64,000 nucleotides of DNA from a virus. Each line of letters begins with the position of its first letter. Position 1 is the stretch's first letter. Positions 50,001 to 58,667 of this stretch are shown here, piece by piece. A model generated the notes under the pieces. The model was not told where the DNA came from, searched no databases, and saw only the letters and a list, made by a program, of their open reading frames with translations. The stretch covers positions 1 to 64,000 of the IMG/VR virus record IMGVR_UViG_3300025168_000043; one strand, written 5' to 3'. A program made the translations under genes and the position numbers.

Positions 50001-51225
50001 TAAATTTGAGACACCGATGCTAAACTTTGGATATCTTGGTATGTCAGATATAACATTCAATGGAACAATCGGAAGTTTGAATGATTATCAAAGAGCAGTT
50101 AATAGTGTTGTACCAAGGGGTATGTGGCACCAATTTGGCAGGATCCCGCGCGATGCGGAAGGAGTTTATATTCAGGTCACTGATATTCCAGATAACTTTA
50201 TCAATAATCACCCATCTTCTAGTATTATATTTGACCCGGCCGGCAAGTTTGATCTCCGAAATGCTGTTTCAGAGGGCATGAGAACCTTCTCAATTTTTGC
50301 AAAAGGTGGCAGTACTAATTCTGCCGAGGCCATTGATGCTGTAGCTAAAGATTTAAATGGCTATAAAATTCCGCAAAATATGAAAATTGATAGAAATGCG
50401 ATTGATAACGCTGCGGGCCGGAAAACTGTGTCAACAACAGACTCTCCATTATCCTTGGTTGATATATGTGGTTTCCCAACCGAACCAGTTAGAATTGGTG
50501 AAATGCCATCATCTAAAACTATATTTGAAGCTGTTGTAGCGGTACCATTTATAGATGTAGATGGAGACAAAGAATTTTTCAATGTTCCTGTAGCTCGAAC
50601 CGAGTTCGAAAAACCGTTTTTTGATAAAGCGGCCGGCAACAGTATTCTAAGACAACAAAGATTGATGGAAAAATATGTTTTCCCTCCAACATTTGATTTT
50701 GTTCAAAACGACGCTGTTGAGCCAATAGCAATGTATATATTTGAGTTTTCTCATAAACTTAGTCAAGATGATTTGTCGCATATATGGCAAAACCTTTCAC
50801 CCAAAATTGGAACAAGGTGCGAAGAGGCAATGGCCACAGTTTCGCACCCTCTTCTTGCAAACCAACTCTTGAATTTTAATGTTCTTGATGCTCTAGAAGC
50901 AGATGAGCAAGGCATTAAACCACCAAGGGTTGAGTTCCCCGAAGAACTTCAGTGGATGGTGTTTAAGGTCAAGCAACGCGCGAAATCAAATTATTTTAAA
51001 CAGATCGAAAGCTCCGAAAGAGCAGACATTCCTTTCTATACTTCTAACTGGCCATATGATTTCTTCTCTTTGATTGAGGTTGCTGATATAGATGCTGAAG
51101 TTGAATTTAAACCGACACAAAATAACCTAGATATGAAGAAGCAGAAACGCGAAGCTGCACAGAACGCATTAAATGATAGGACTAGTAGAGATGAGGCTGT
51201 TGATGTTGGACCAGCGGGGGATTAA
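41044..51225 (+). CDS. Giant baseplate/tail protein with LamG-like domains (3393 aa)
   Basis: TVEFW, DEFRYWK, YYKFNEG..DYSG (LamG); YKSKGTEKAFRNLIRCYG resembles the gp7/gpI wedge motif. Confidence 0.7.
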   Translation: MSIKKLFDSNKTNDILVSTNLEEEVVKNVPELESADNVREQIERINRFIPQVDYSDPANFAVYGSAERYYRDSFHRVATQYPYDGSEEEITRYNNESNYLDLHILENEYPRTLGHVRFPTNNGGGSATNQFGQQTNAANITFFGGPNAIAGGMTTGSFHLQFTGSNYYDTDIYQTDGTLALDRVGSRESNLTYNLPSKGLTVEFWQGTEGNLISATGPFGRQSRHALFDLWNGEASSSAQYGRLTVYASGSSSAFKGIYLNAYSGTVGIQELELLDPAVAAQIPPQYVNTSSPTPGHLAFAFSSGSTLGLTVKTYINGVLTTTTGSSVALNEVTGALRGRIGALLTNPSGTSIGTDMDGYGTSIRSAYDEFRYWKAERTEKEIQQNYWTQVRGGTNNEIANAELGVYYKFNEGITGDATTDTTVLDYSGRITNGTITNYGTDATTTLVRNANLLPERSSLIVAAGAATSEFKDPIIYASHPDVVSALDRLVASGSVHDFENQASIKDSIPSWIIEEDETSGGEELGKLTQILGSYMDTLNLQIESLPTLADNTYLSGSDKPTPFMKNLLSSRGLAVPEIFVDADLLQRFANRSDTEGYTLDINDTKNLIYKNIYNNLIYLYKSKGTEKAFRNLIRCYGIGEDVIRFNAYASNQTFDIQETRQDRVIRKNYVDFNHPDRFDGVVYQRANTGETTGISFFSASSPNNAFAQTAELEVIFPRKMEFANSQYFDTPFVTASLYGKASASADPAIFDAAFSNNPATAPWLVAYAVRTQQNSNDAYFVLDSNLFTNPLTSDIYSNIYDNQKWNLAIRVKSKNWPYSTGSVASGDGAASFGNQEVSFVGYNVENGVVRNSFVLTTSSISSNLGPSLPYRYFVGSQRTNYTGAVGHQTDILASSLRVYTTFLDDDVIKSHALDPENYGTRNPSRNLLFYNDSDDASLNPAIKTTIPESVSLALNWDYSQVTTTDATGRFSVQDASSGSTGLTSRYPQENVLTNVNKQFAGRGQFGVSAYSSTDVISKQFVQSAQQRLPEVVNTNDDVNVLSRDDELYPRDASISQTYYTFEKSMYGIVSQEMINMFSSIVEFNNLIGEVVHKYRGEYKSLRLLRELFFEKIQNNPDLDKFIDYYHWIDSSLNIFLQQFAPASADVSDEIRTIVEDYVLNRSKYQHKYNQIKQGDSGTGTKAGGFDETILEGRVKGTRELQYDWQFGHAPLTNSQTEHSLWWKDRAERNNTAFNTAALIDTAREDILTIIQLFNSASAPSLNDGTGASGIYEGSAYATRRFTRQYKLDTAIVPDIGGGYNYPRNHKPDALFPLMFDQPLDLTNNIEQVNFEKQGMFTLPEEELRPVIKQEKRRFTAINPETPVGTNGATVFRASSVLAGTKFVTPFIIFSSSVSPAGGYGQQWQTYQLKPDFNKEEFAGYHNDSYGDDYEVPMQGPFTNHHVGGNRHRHTDLNKGSDTALNRAEAWELDIGNSEVGAAKARGASDGSINTNMPGSNPNYRRDETAKRPVNTKNIKHRTGSLGTVAMGNYSASYEIVQTTGRTQNNSAFVKSEGIRDNFTISVAGADEVGYIDHVTDYAKPIRRRTEHVIVNRFSAPGGPETAGDSQGGPGLDFEAAELSPYNNLNYRNTTVRDPLETLLSEHSAQFGLRSGSIASPIGYSGSATNVTASFHKVNRNPLHRLEGYDTGSDTPVTGTVFDNYYVQHMIPRSDFQYAWITASSDRFNSAFGAANNVYGYFPYDGLARVSSSANGFRYESAVNFVSASEIGSVPGTITYSTTTTATETLTGRGSLVSKGVYDISGSSGSFAPAANPNDHFIPQTTHLNIGGIYGDLFSTFVGPKVAPFTYLPSRGGNPSAIDKTHDFNSSLTFLTNQVLFGGNLSDPQEFIIGQDREYVTQWVVDTVLGVTPFDKETGTGGYIFNAAGAPYGRLYTSPSAMDNTRFQMFQTLNKTYGRFESTNYVKSVGSIPLAVAYPPEVGFNKYGLGTLTQPISFTNGNPLFTVSNMIETSASRGAGLILNSLLTKRNGYYGHPTWKQIRVGETGLVRYHRKNNYYSHTYDPVIISSQTDPTGGRAKVQSRTENILISQSVVTDRYFPVVFELEARDDQQNSKVLKSTNVVARTSFANDVITFDNQDVVDRLLDADVLEASERKTSYRQIVDDFSIYDSFLDEQKPILQINSLKYRETVYPPRNFAYTSLTRGRNNFSNNFWRDARSDRTWPSTPPANAENLTEYSKTQREKNTNSQGQGSSNVSFQLAPFQSRWALDGLLSTTNQNNLTTLAGYPTGGINANNADGYKPGELQNLYTHFVRNQQDDFEIDRSDDGEIAQLRAGALYARKHINPYTSSVCGMSGMRKQIDISAFIFSGTSYLLLTSSIGAGEAFWDAPNLAGRYEGTSSVFVKERATPFYDDYDAFYSDIKTKTRGRSIIPEFRIEDHIDFYEQNGFDYLTENPALFQFPGVPSQEGYLQNSGYPHFFKIFTNSDFMQHFEVVREDGLKEGGILEPAKVKLRCKAVKKFVPYDGFYPAERTLQLASAFSASYAPLTQLSSSTGAENTYQVAWRTMLKPFFAPGIVYNTIKSGVAVDYPIMTGSYNVGKMIMAGDGASANTGVRMVATASAGIFSNSRNDSKNGLTGLLAGFNIVSHNDGWDYRVPFETVLEPGKYIYGKNIVDDEPSAFAGINVTASWGSSEQGTKYKNMMHNFLASSLDVFIKDGKPTEILSAPQKEFKAVTPGQPYGMRIKMYRSFESGSQQETSGDWGDFQVPQYISGSLTDFTMYSRPSAFGPPVLAGTGSQVMSQQKYCITGSREMTPARGRYASHTPPYFDGESWIDLIYYPYKSFDSGSTGLEVINNTTRTVTVSDLHNLASTEFSSGSAILDYEFGQGSRFGGEGTYVVRWRFDQEALRTNFSTEDTGSTYHGTGSDIGPMGGPWANRWAMHLDASLNIFSKARGVGSLAAEAVSADLAESGLGDGSFNAGDDRWRIQTKFETPMLNFGYLGMSDITFNGTIGSLNDYQRAVNSVVPRGMWHQFGRIPRDAEGVYIQVTDIPDNFINNHPSSSIIFDPAGKFDLRNAVSEGMRTFSIFAKGGSTNSAEAIDAVAKDLNGYKIPQNMKIDRNAIDNAAGRKTVSTTDSPLSLVDICGFPTEPVRIGEMPSSKTIFEAVVAVPFIDVDGDKEFFNVPVARTEFEKPFFDKAAGNSILRQQRLMEKYVFPPTFDFVQNDAVEPIAMYIFEFSHKLSQDDLSHIWQNLSPKIGTRCEEAMATVSHPLLANQLLNFNVLDALEADEQGIKPPRVEFPEELQWMVFKVKQRAKSNYFKQIESSERADIPFYTSNWPYDFFSLIEVADIDAEVEFKPTQNNLDMKKQKREAAQNALNDRTSRDEAVDVGPAGD

Positions 51226-51228
51226 TAA

Positions 51229-52275
51229 ATGAAATTTTTCAATCCAAAAGAAGAAGTTTTAGATATAAAAATGACTCAATATGGTCGCCACTTATTATCA
51301 AAAGGCCTGTGGAAACCAGAATTTTATGCTTTTTTTGATGATAATGTTCTTTATGACTCACAGTATGGTGATATTACGGCTACTGGAAGCATAAACGTTA
51401 TAGAAAGTCGTATACAAGATGAGACGCCGTTGTTAAAAGCACAACATACTTTCACCGGCTGCGACGAATACTTGTTTGATGGGCAAAATGACCTAGTTGA
51501 TCGAGTTAGATTAAGTACTTATGAGAAACTCAATGTTATGCCGATGTCGCTTGGTACTTCTGACTATGAATCAACTAAAACCCCGGCTTTCCGCGCCCAA
51601 TTCTTGGCTGGTGAAATTAAAGGATTAGAGTTTAACTTGACCGGCAGTTCCCGAACCGTGTCAGGGGTTGCCTCAACAGCACATCAGTTACAGAAAATAC
51701 CACAATTGGAGTTTGATATTGAGTATAAAATAAAAGTTATTGATCCGGAGTTCCCAGCCGATGAAGCGGTACAATTTGAAGTAGATCCTTCATTAACTCC
51801 GGGCACAACTTACAGTGATGGAAAGCAAATTGTTGTTGGGCCAGAACAAATAATATTTACACTTGAGGAACTTAACGCACCATTTGACTTTGAAAACTAT
51901 GATATAGAAGTTTTTGAAATAACAAATGAGTTTGGCGCTAGCGGAGAACAAATACTAAATCCTTTAAATTTCATAAAGCCGCTCCAAATGGTAGAAAACA
52001 ATATACTAATAGATAAAAAAGAGGCTGAAATAAAAGCAGGCCGAGTCTCCGGCGCCGCCCCGGAAATCGATCCAACGTTTGTTAGATACTTTTTTGACAT
52101 CAACGTAGATGATGAAATCTCCGAAACTATTCTATGTAAATCAATATCAAAGATCAAAGCGGCCGGCAAGAGTCTATATACAGATATTGACATTAATTGC
52201 CCGGACCTGTCAATCCCGGTTCGGCAAAATATTTACGGCTCCGACGCGTTGGACGAAGATTGTTCAGATTATTAA
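51229..52275 (+). CDS. Virion structural protein
   Basis: MKFFNPKEEVLDIKMTQYGRHLL..YAFFDD; N-terminus similar to that of 58668. Confidence 0.55.
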   Translation: MKFFNPKEEVLDIKMTQYGRHLLSKGLWKPEFYAFFDDNVLYDSQYGDITATGSINVIESRIQDETPLLKAQHTFTGCDEYLFDGQNDLVDRVRLSTYEKLNVMPMSLGTSDYESTKTPAFRAQFLAGEIKGLEFNLTGSSRTVSGVASTAHQLQKIPQLEFDIEYKIKVIDPEFPADEAVQFEVDPSLTPGTTYSDGKQIVVGPEQIIFTLEELNAPFDFENYDIEVFEITNEFGASGEQILNPLNFIKPLQMVENNILIDKKEAEIKAGRVSGAAPEIDPTFVRYFFDINVDDEISETILCKSISKIKAAGKSLYTDIDINCPDLSIPVRQNIYGSDALDEDCSDY

Positions 52276-52309
52276 TCAAAAACTACTTAGGTATATGAGG
52301 TTCTAGTTT

Positions 52310-55300
52310 ATGCAAATACAAGTTGATTTTCCAAGCATTTTTAACACTGCCTTGCCAAAAGTGTACATTAAGAAAGTAACTCTACTCCCGAACACAACAC
52401 CGGGAAGTAGAAATGGAGTATCTTATGATTTGGAGTCTGATGATGGGCTACAAAAAAACAAGTATGGCAAGAAAAAGCCGAAAAAGATTAGTCCTAGATT
52501 TAGAGATGTATCTCCTGCTGGCAGGTCTCTAGAGATAAAAACAGAAGTTACCATTAAAGAAAGAATAAAACAAGATGGAGATACAACTTGGTACAATAAC
52601 AGTGAGTTTAATGAGTTCTTAAATTTAAAAATTGTGTTAGCTCGTACTCAAGATGCAATAGAAAACTTAGAGGATGGCAATTTTACACCTAAGTATTTGA
52701 AAAAACTAAAACGTCGGTCTCAAGTTATAGAAAAAAACATAAGCCTAAGAAAAAACGAAACTCCTATATTAGATCAAAAAGTTGAAAGTATAGATGGTAA
52801 AAAAGTTTATAGCACAACGTATGAAGTTACTTTTGAAATCCCAAGCTACAGACCAAGAAATTTGTCAGTTTTTGCTGCTACTTTTGTTGATTTGCGTGAG
52901 TATTATTTGCACAAATCTCCCGGTGTAAAATCTTCCAGAAGGTTTTTCCAAGGCACCGCAGTTTCACAAAGGGTTATTAAAGCTGGCGAAGTACCAACAG
53001 GATCAAGTATATATTTATTACCTGACAAAAAACTGTGGGCCGGCCCAATACATTATCACGAACCTTCTGGGTTCATGGCAGGCGCCTTTCATGGCCCACA
53101 AGCCCACCCTCGATTAGAAAAAAGAAAAGTTCCCAACCTAGTAGTTCGAGATTTTAGGGTTCTTGAAGATATAAAACAGTCAGATTTTCTTTTACGACCA
53201 GAAAAGAAGAGGTTGAACAAAAAGCTGGAAAACAAAAGAGCTAAAGGCAATAGAATAATAAAGAAAAATCTTTATATAACAGAACCTGAGTATGCTTTCA
53301 ATGAGATCAACCAACTTCGATTTATTTTTCATCTTGACATGTATAAGGTAATAGCAGAAAAATCACAATTTGGTGCTTGCTTCCGCCGCGCAGACGCGTC
53401 GGCAAAGAGGCGTATTATGAACAACACAAGAATAAAAAATCTTTTTGTGTTAAGAAGCCGTGTTAAGCAAGGTTTATCAAAAAATGAAGTTGTTACATTA
53501 AACGACTTAGAGCAACAAAGCCTCGTCGCGCAAAGCGGTGAGTCCAAGCGGAATGTTGTTCAGCCTCGCCGAACCAAGAAATCTTTAAACCCAGCCCTAG
53601 AAGATTCCGAAAAAGTAGTAACCGGTGGCATAAGAGAAATAAAATTAGGAGTCGAAGGATCAGAAGGGATTAGAACTTTCACTGTATCTGACTTTGATAT
53701 GTCCAAAAGAACAGATGGCTTGTATTCTTACAGTGTAGATTTTGAAATACAAGACGGAACCGCTATCTTTGTTAATGATCAAAGAAACAAACTAACACAA
53801 GCAATAGGAACGCTGACAGAATATTATGGTGTAGCTTCAAGAGCAGAAAATACAAACAAAACCACCGGTTTATTTACAGAAGATTTTATAAAAGAAATGG
53901 AAGAAATTTATAAAATACCAGAGTTCAGAGATGTAAACGTGCCAAACCGACGGCGCCGACGACGAGCAGTGCAATCTAGTATAGCCAAGGCCCCGTGGCT
54001 GAACGCGATAGCCGTGTACAGTGATGTTATGAGGAACCTAACAAATGCTAGGCAAAGTGATATAGTCAGGGCCTCACTTTTATTACACAGTCTGGTAGAG
54101 CCATCTAGTGGGTCGGTGACTGGCATTGAAAAAATGCTTGAAATGTTACAACTGGCACAAAGTAAACTTTCATTTGCGGCAATAGGCGGTAAAAATCGAT
54201 CTGGTACTCCACTGTCAAAAACAAATATTCCTATGATAGACGAAGTAGATTACAATGCCAAGACATCAGCATTTAAAGGCAAATTGTCAAAGTCTGCAAT
54301 TCGATTGACTAAGAAATTCAAAACTGTGCATGACAGTAACATTCAAAATTTTGTTGGGTATGATTTTTTAAATCTACAGAGATCTAAGAATTTAGGACTG
54401 AGAGTTATTACAACTGATCAGCTATCACAAAGATTGTCTCTGGAGAATCAAAAATATTTTAGCAGAAACGCTGCCGCCGAAGTCTTACAGCCTCCCGTAG
54501 GCGATTCACAAACGCCGGAAGACTTTACTAGGTTCATAAATCTTGAAGATGCTTACTATTCTTATTTAACACCCGCCGTAGTATATCACGGTAAAAAAAG
54601 ATTAAAATTAGTTGGTCGCGGCCGCAGGTTGTGGAATGTGAGCCAATACGATTCTATGATAACAAATCTGGTCAATTCTTCGAAGGAACGAGATTCTCTA
54701 TCATCTAAAAAGAAAGAAGTCTTCAGAGGACCAAAAACAACCCCTTACATACCGTCCTTATCTCCGATAGAATATCGCGCTGATTACAGGCCGAATAAGG
54801 CTAAGGTAAACATGGATACATATGAGACAAACGTAGTTAATGCATCCTTAATCAGCAAATATGGTGTAACATTAACCACCAAGAAAACTGAAAATATTTT
54901 TACAATAGCTGAAGATAATTATTATGGTCTTGAAGAGCGCGAACGCAAAAATTTAAGATCTAAAAAATATTTAGGAGAGAGTACCTTATTTACTAATGAC
55001 TTTTTAGCAAACAAGTTCGCTAAAATGCCAATAGACGATAATCAGCTTAGAGATTTTACTTCTGTTTCGACACTATTTGTAAAATCTAATATTCAATCTA
55101 CTGACGGTGGCCTTTCAAATAAAAAGAAGAAAACAATTAAACTCTTCCGCCCCTCGGATGAAAGAAACATCATAGATAAAGAATTGGAAAAGTATGATGA
55201 CAAAAAAAACCCACAAGCAAAAAAACAAAGATTTATATCCAAAATTCCCAATCAGATAAAGTCTATTTTTATGGGTGATGACCCGAGGACCAATAAAAAC

Positions 55301-56083
55301 TGGTTTACTGTTCTAGAAAATAAAGGCTTTGATCTAATCAGTTCTTCGCAGTATACAGGTTTGTATTATTTTAACTATAACCATATTAATCAAATAGAAG
55401 TATTGGTTGGATTTGAAAAAGATAGGAATGAAAATATTCAAGCTTCTGCTCCTATCTATAGAATGCTCACAAAGGAGGTGTTTGATAGAATATCTGATGC
55501 TGGGAGACCATTTGTGTGTCGTCTTCGCCCCGCTACTATACCATATTTTGGAAAAAGTAGAAAGTTGAGTCTGCCAGAATATAACACAACTTTTATTCTA
55601 AGTTCCCGAACGAACCAGAGAGACCTTACTGCTGATGCCGAACTGGTGGAACTACAGGATGAATCTGGTGAGGATTTTGATTTTGAAACACCGGAAGAAT
55701 CAATATTCATAAGTCGTTTAACAGAATATGAAGATTTAGATACAACTGGGCGCCGAGTACTTCGAAGGTTAATACGAAGAAACACTCGGTTATCTGGATT
55801 GTTACCAGAATTCACTTCCAACACCTTTATCCAACAACCAAGAAGAATTTCAAGAACTGGCGCTACATTTGGTATCGAAACAGACCAGACACAAGGCCAA
55901 GCACAATCTGGGGTAGTTAGCGAAGCCGTCGCGACCGGTCAAAGAACAAGAACACCCCGTGCTCCAACAGGCGCCACGTCTACTACAACACCAGCCCGCG
56001 CCCAATCTACCACAACCGCATCACCGAACTCGCCGGCCACAATGTCTTCTCCGTCTACAACTCCATCTGGAGGAGGTTATTAA
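52310..56083 (+). CDS. Large basic structural/hypothetical protein with S/T/P-rich tail
   Basis: 1257 aa; ACTACTTA at 52282-52289. Confidence 0.55.
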   Translation: MQIQVDFPSIFNTALPKVYIKKVTLLPNTTPGSRNGVSYDLESDDGLQKNKYGKKKPKKISPRFRDVSPAGRSLEIKTEVTIKERIKQDGDTTWYNNSEFNEFLNLKIVLARTQDAIENLEDGNFTPKYLKKLKRRSQVIEKNISLRKNETPILDQKVESIDGKKVYSTTYEVTFEIPSYRPRNLSVFAATFVDLREYYLHKSPGVKSSRRFFQGTAVSQRVIKAGEVPTGSSIYLLPDKKLWAGPIHYHEPSGFMAGAFHGPQAHPRLEKRKVPNLVVRDFRVLEDIKQSDFLLRPEKKRLNKKLENKRAKGNRIIKKNLYITEPEYAFNEINQLRFIFHLDMYKVIAEKSQFGACFRRADASAKRRIMNNTRIKNLFVLRSRVKQGLSKNEVVTLNDLEQQSLVAQSGESKRNVVQPRRTKKSLNPALEDSEKVVTGGIREIKLGVEGSEGIRTFTVSDFDMSKRTDGLYSYSVDFEIQDGTAIFVNDQRNKLTQAIGTLTEYYGVASRAENTNKTTGLFTEDFIKEMEEIYKIPEFRDVNVPNRRRRRRAVQSSIAKAPWLNAIAVYSDVMRNLTNARQSDIVRASLLLHSLVEPSSGSVTGIEKMLEMLQLAQSKLSFAAIGGKNRSGTPLSKTNIPMIDEVDYNAKTSAFKGKLSKSAIRLTKKFKTVHDSNIQNFVGYDFLNLQRSKNLGLRVITTDQLSQRLSLENQKYFSRNAAAEVLQPPVGDSQTPEDFTRFINLEDAYYSYLTPAVVYHGKKRLKLVGRGRRLWNVSQYDSMITNLVNSSKERDSLSSKKKEVFRGPKTTPYIPSLSPIEYRADYRPNKAKVNMDTYETNVVNASLISKYGVTLTTKKTENIFTIAEDNYYGLEERERKNLRSKKYLGESTLFTNDFLANKFAKMPIDDNQLRDFTSVSTLFVKSNIQSTDGGLSNKKKKTIKLFRPSDERNIIDKELEKYDDKKNPQAKKQRFISKIPNQIKSIFMGDDPRTNKNWFTVLENKGFDLISSSQYTGLYYFNYNHINQIEVLVGFEKDRNENIQASAPIYRMLTKEVFDRISDAGRPFVCRLRPATIPYFGKSRKLSLPEYNTTFILSSRTNQRDLTADAELVELQDESGEDFDFETPEESIFISRLTEYEDLDTTGRRVLRRLIRRNTRLSGLLPEFTSNTFIQQPRRISRTGATFGIETDQTQGQAQSGVVSEAVATGQRTRTPRAPTGATSTTTPARAQSTTTASPNSPATMSSPSTTPSGGGY

Positions 56084-58608
56084 TGGCTAAAAAAACTACA
56101 AGATTCGCAAATCCAAGTGTCATGAATACTCAAGATAGATTCCGCGCAATATTTGGCCGTTGGACCCAAAACCAAAATGGCATAAATTTTTCTGTACTTG
56201 AAAATGATAGCACGGTTAAGCTTGATAAAATATTTGATCCTGTCCCACTAGAGGCGGACATCGCGTCCGGTAACATATCGTTGGCTGATGGCACGGAAAG
56301 TTTTACAGATGTTATAACTGGTGCCCCTAGCGACGACGTGGATCCCGGTGTTGCAGTCGCAGAGTTACGAGCAGAGAATATAGACCGCCCGGCCGGCTCC
56401 GTTAGTGGCAGAACAGGCAACCCAATTCCGTTCAACCCATACCCAACGTTAGTACCTACGCATGTACAAACAATAAGATTGTTGGACACTAGAGATAAAG
56501 ATGCTACTACTGATCAATCATGGATTGATATTGTTAACAATCTTTTTGATCCTACTATAGTATATGAAGACTTTGTAACTTCATTTGATGCCCCTATTAC
56601 AAAAGAAGAAATGTTGAATGTAGAGGGCTCGGCTGCTTCATCCCCGGCTGCAATAAACTATGTATATAACTTTAGTGACGCTAACTTCGAAAGAATAGCA
56701 GCAGTAGTAACTAACCACGTCGTTCTCCCAGATTTATACTCTATGTTTGACGAAAGCACAAAAGTAGGCACCGCAAAACAAGATGGCACTAGGGATATTG
56801 ATGTGCTAAAGTCTCCTACCGCGAAACAGTTAAGGCGCAATATAAGAAACAGAAGCCAAAGATTAAGTCTTCAAAACAAAATAGTTCCGATTGAAAACAT
56901 GCCATTGTTAGCAGATTATGAAGGCAGTAAATATTTGTTTCAAATGTATGTGGATATGAATATACCTATTGATAAGAATAAGAAATTTGCTAAGGTGATG
57001 AAAGATAGCACAATGGGAATAGCCTTAACTAGAGACATAGAGGGTGTACCTGATGTGGCATCACAATTAAAATCTGAACCTTTTATTTTTTCGACGCAAG
57101 TTATAGCCAAACGATCAGGGCTGGAAGAAACCAGCGTTTCTGAAATACCAGTTAAAACATTAAATCTTTTAGACTGGACTTTAATCGACGCGCCATCATA
57201 TGCTCCGGACGTGGAAACATCATACCCACCACCAAATAATTTTAGTTTTGTTGGCATTAACTCTGGCCAGTCATATCTTAATGGGCCACCCGGCTCAAAA
57301 TCCAACGCGCTAGAACTTACCGGCCTGTATGACCAACTCACAAAGCTTCCAATCGGGTTTAACTCAGTTAGTACAGCAGTTGCTAATAATGATGCCTTCG
57401 CTCTAGCATTAGAGGGTTGCTATGACGGGCTGAAAGATCTTGCAGATGATAATAGGCGAACATTTCAAGATCTAATAGATGGCAACGAAGCGTATTCTGA
57501 AATGCTTATGTACAAGGTTGAGAAGAGGCTAGGACCGGTTCAGCCAGTATTACAAGATCCAATACAAACATTTCATTTTATGAACTCTGCTGAGGTTGAA
57601 GAATTTTTGTCAAATGAAAATCAGTTCAAGTTTGTGGACACGCAAGTTAAATACGGCACTGAATACATCTATACAGTAACTGGGTACAGAGCAGTCATTG
57701 GAACTCGCTACCAGTATGGTACTCCAACCACAGTCTCGGACTCGTTTGAGAGTCCAAATAACCGCACTGCTTCAGTGCCCATCTTTACAACCCCAACGAT
57801 AAAGCTAATAGAAGTACCTCTCTTGTCATCAACAGGAAGAATATTTGATAATCCTCCATTAAAACCAGAGATTAGATTTTTCCCGGTTGTTGATGATAGA
57901 AACAGTGTTAAGATGTTTTTTACCACATCTACAGGCCAAGAAGATGTTAAACCTATAGCCTTTAATCAGGAAGAGGCTAATGAACATGCACAAGTGGCCA
58001 TCAATCAAAATAGAAATGATGGTAAGCTCACCTTTAAGACTGATGACTCAGCATCGGCTTTCGAGATATACCGAATATCTCAAATCCCAGCTACTATTGA
58101 TGATTTTGCAGGACAGTTATTTGCAACAGTTCTGACTAGTTCACCGACTAATGTGCCTTTGAACGGTTCGTCAGCGACAGCTTTAGTATCTCAGGTTCCA
58201 AATCAAAAATATTATTATGTATTTCGGACAGTAGATACACATGGTCATAAATCTAATCCAAGCTCGGTTTTTGAAATAGAACTATATAATGATGGAGGGG
58301 CAGGATACCCAATCATAAGACATTATGATATGGCCTCACCTGACCCTACAATAACCACCAAATCTGCAAGAAAAATAATACAGATTGTTCCAAGGATATC
58401 TCAGGCATACCTAAATGAAGAAAGCTCGGGCCTCCGCGATGATGACAATGCATTGCAGCCCGCCGGCGGAAACAGAAATATAAAACTTGGGACCGAAGAA
58501 GAATCATTATTTGGGAAGAAATTTAAGGTGCGACTAACATCTAAATCAACTGGCAAGAAACTTGATTTAAATATAAATTTTAAGACAAAACAACTCAAGA
58601 GTTCATAG
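56083..58608 (+). CDS. Structural protein with FN3/Ig-like domains
   Basis: FVDTQVKYGTEYIYTV and PNQKYYYVFRTVDTHGHKSNPS resemble FN3 strands. Confidence 0.55.
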   Translation: MAKKTTRFANPSVMNTQDRFRAIFGRWTQNQNGINFSVLENDSTVKLDKIFDPVPLEADIASGNISLADGTESFTDVITGAPSDDVDPGVAVAELRAENIDRPAGSVSGRTGNPIPFNPYPTLVPTHVQTIRLLDTRDKDATTDQSWIDIVNNLFDPTIVYEDFVTSFDAPITKEEMLNVEGSAASSPAAINYVYNFSDANFERIAAVVTNHVVLPDLYSMFDESTKVGTAKQDGTRDIDVLKSPTAKQLRRNIRNRSQRLSLQNKIVPIENMPLLADYEGSKYLFQMYVDMNIPIDKNKKFAKVMKDSTMGIALTRDIEGVPDVASQLKSEPFIFSTQVIAKRSGLEETSVSEIPVKTLNLLDWTLIDAPSYAPDVETSYPPPNNFSFVGINSGQSYLNGPPGSKSNALELTGLYDQLTKLPIGFNSVSTAVANNDAFALALEGCYDGLKDLADDNRRTFQDLIDGNEAYSEMLMYKVEKRLGPVQPVLQDPIQTFHFMNSAEVEEFLSNENQFKFVDTQVKYGTEYIYTVTGYRAVIGTRYQYGTPTTVSDSFESPNNRTASVPIFTTPTIKLIEVPLLSSTGRIFDNPPLKPEIRFFPVVDDRNSVKMFFTTSTGQEDVKPIAFNQEEANEHAQVAINQNRNDGKLTFKTDDSASAFEIYRISQIPATIDDFAGQLFATVLTSSPTNVPLNGSSATALVSQVPNQKYYYVFRTVDTHGHKSNPSSVFEIELYNDGGAGYPIIRHYDMASPDPTITTKSARKIIQIVPRISQAYLNEESSGLRDDDNALQPAGGNRNIKLGTEEESLFGKKFKVRLTSKSTGKKLDLNINFKTKQLKSS

Positions 58609-58667
58609 AATGAGAGAAAACCTTTTTAATATACTATTTATTATGATCGCTGTAGGAGAGGAAACGA

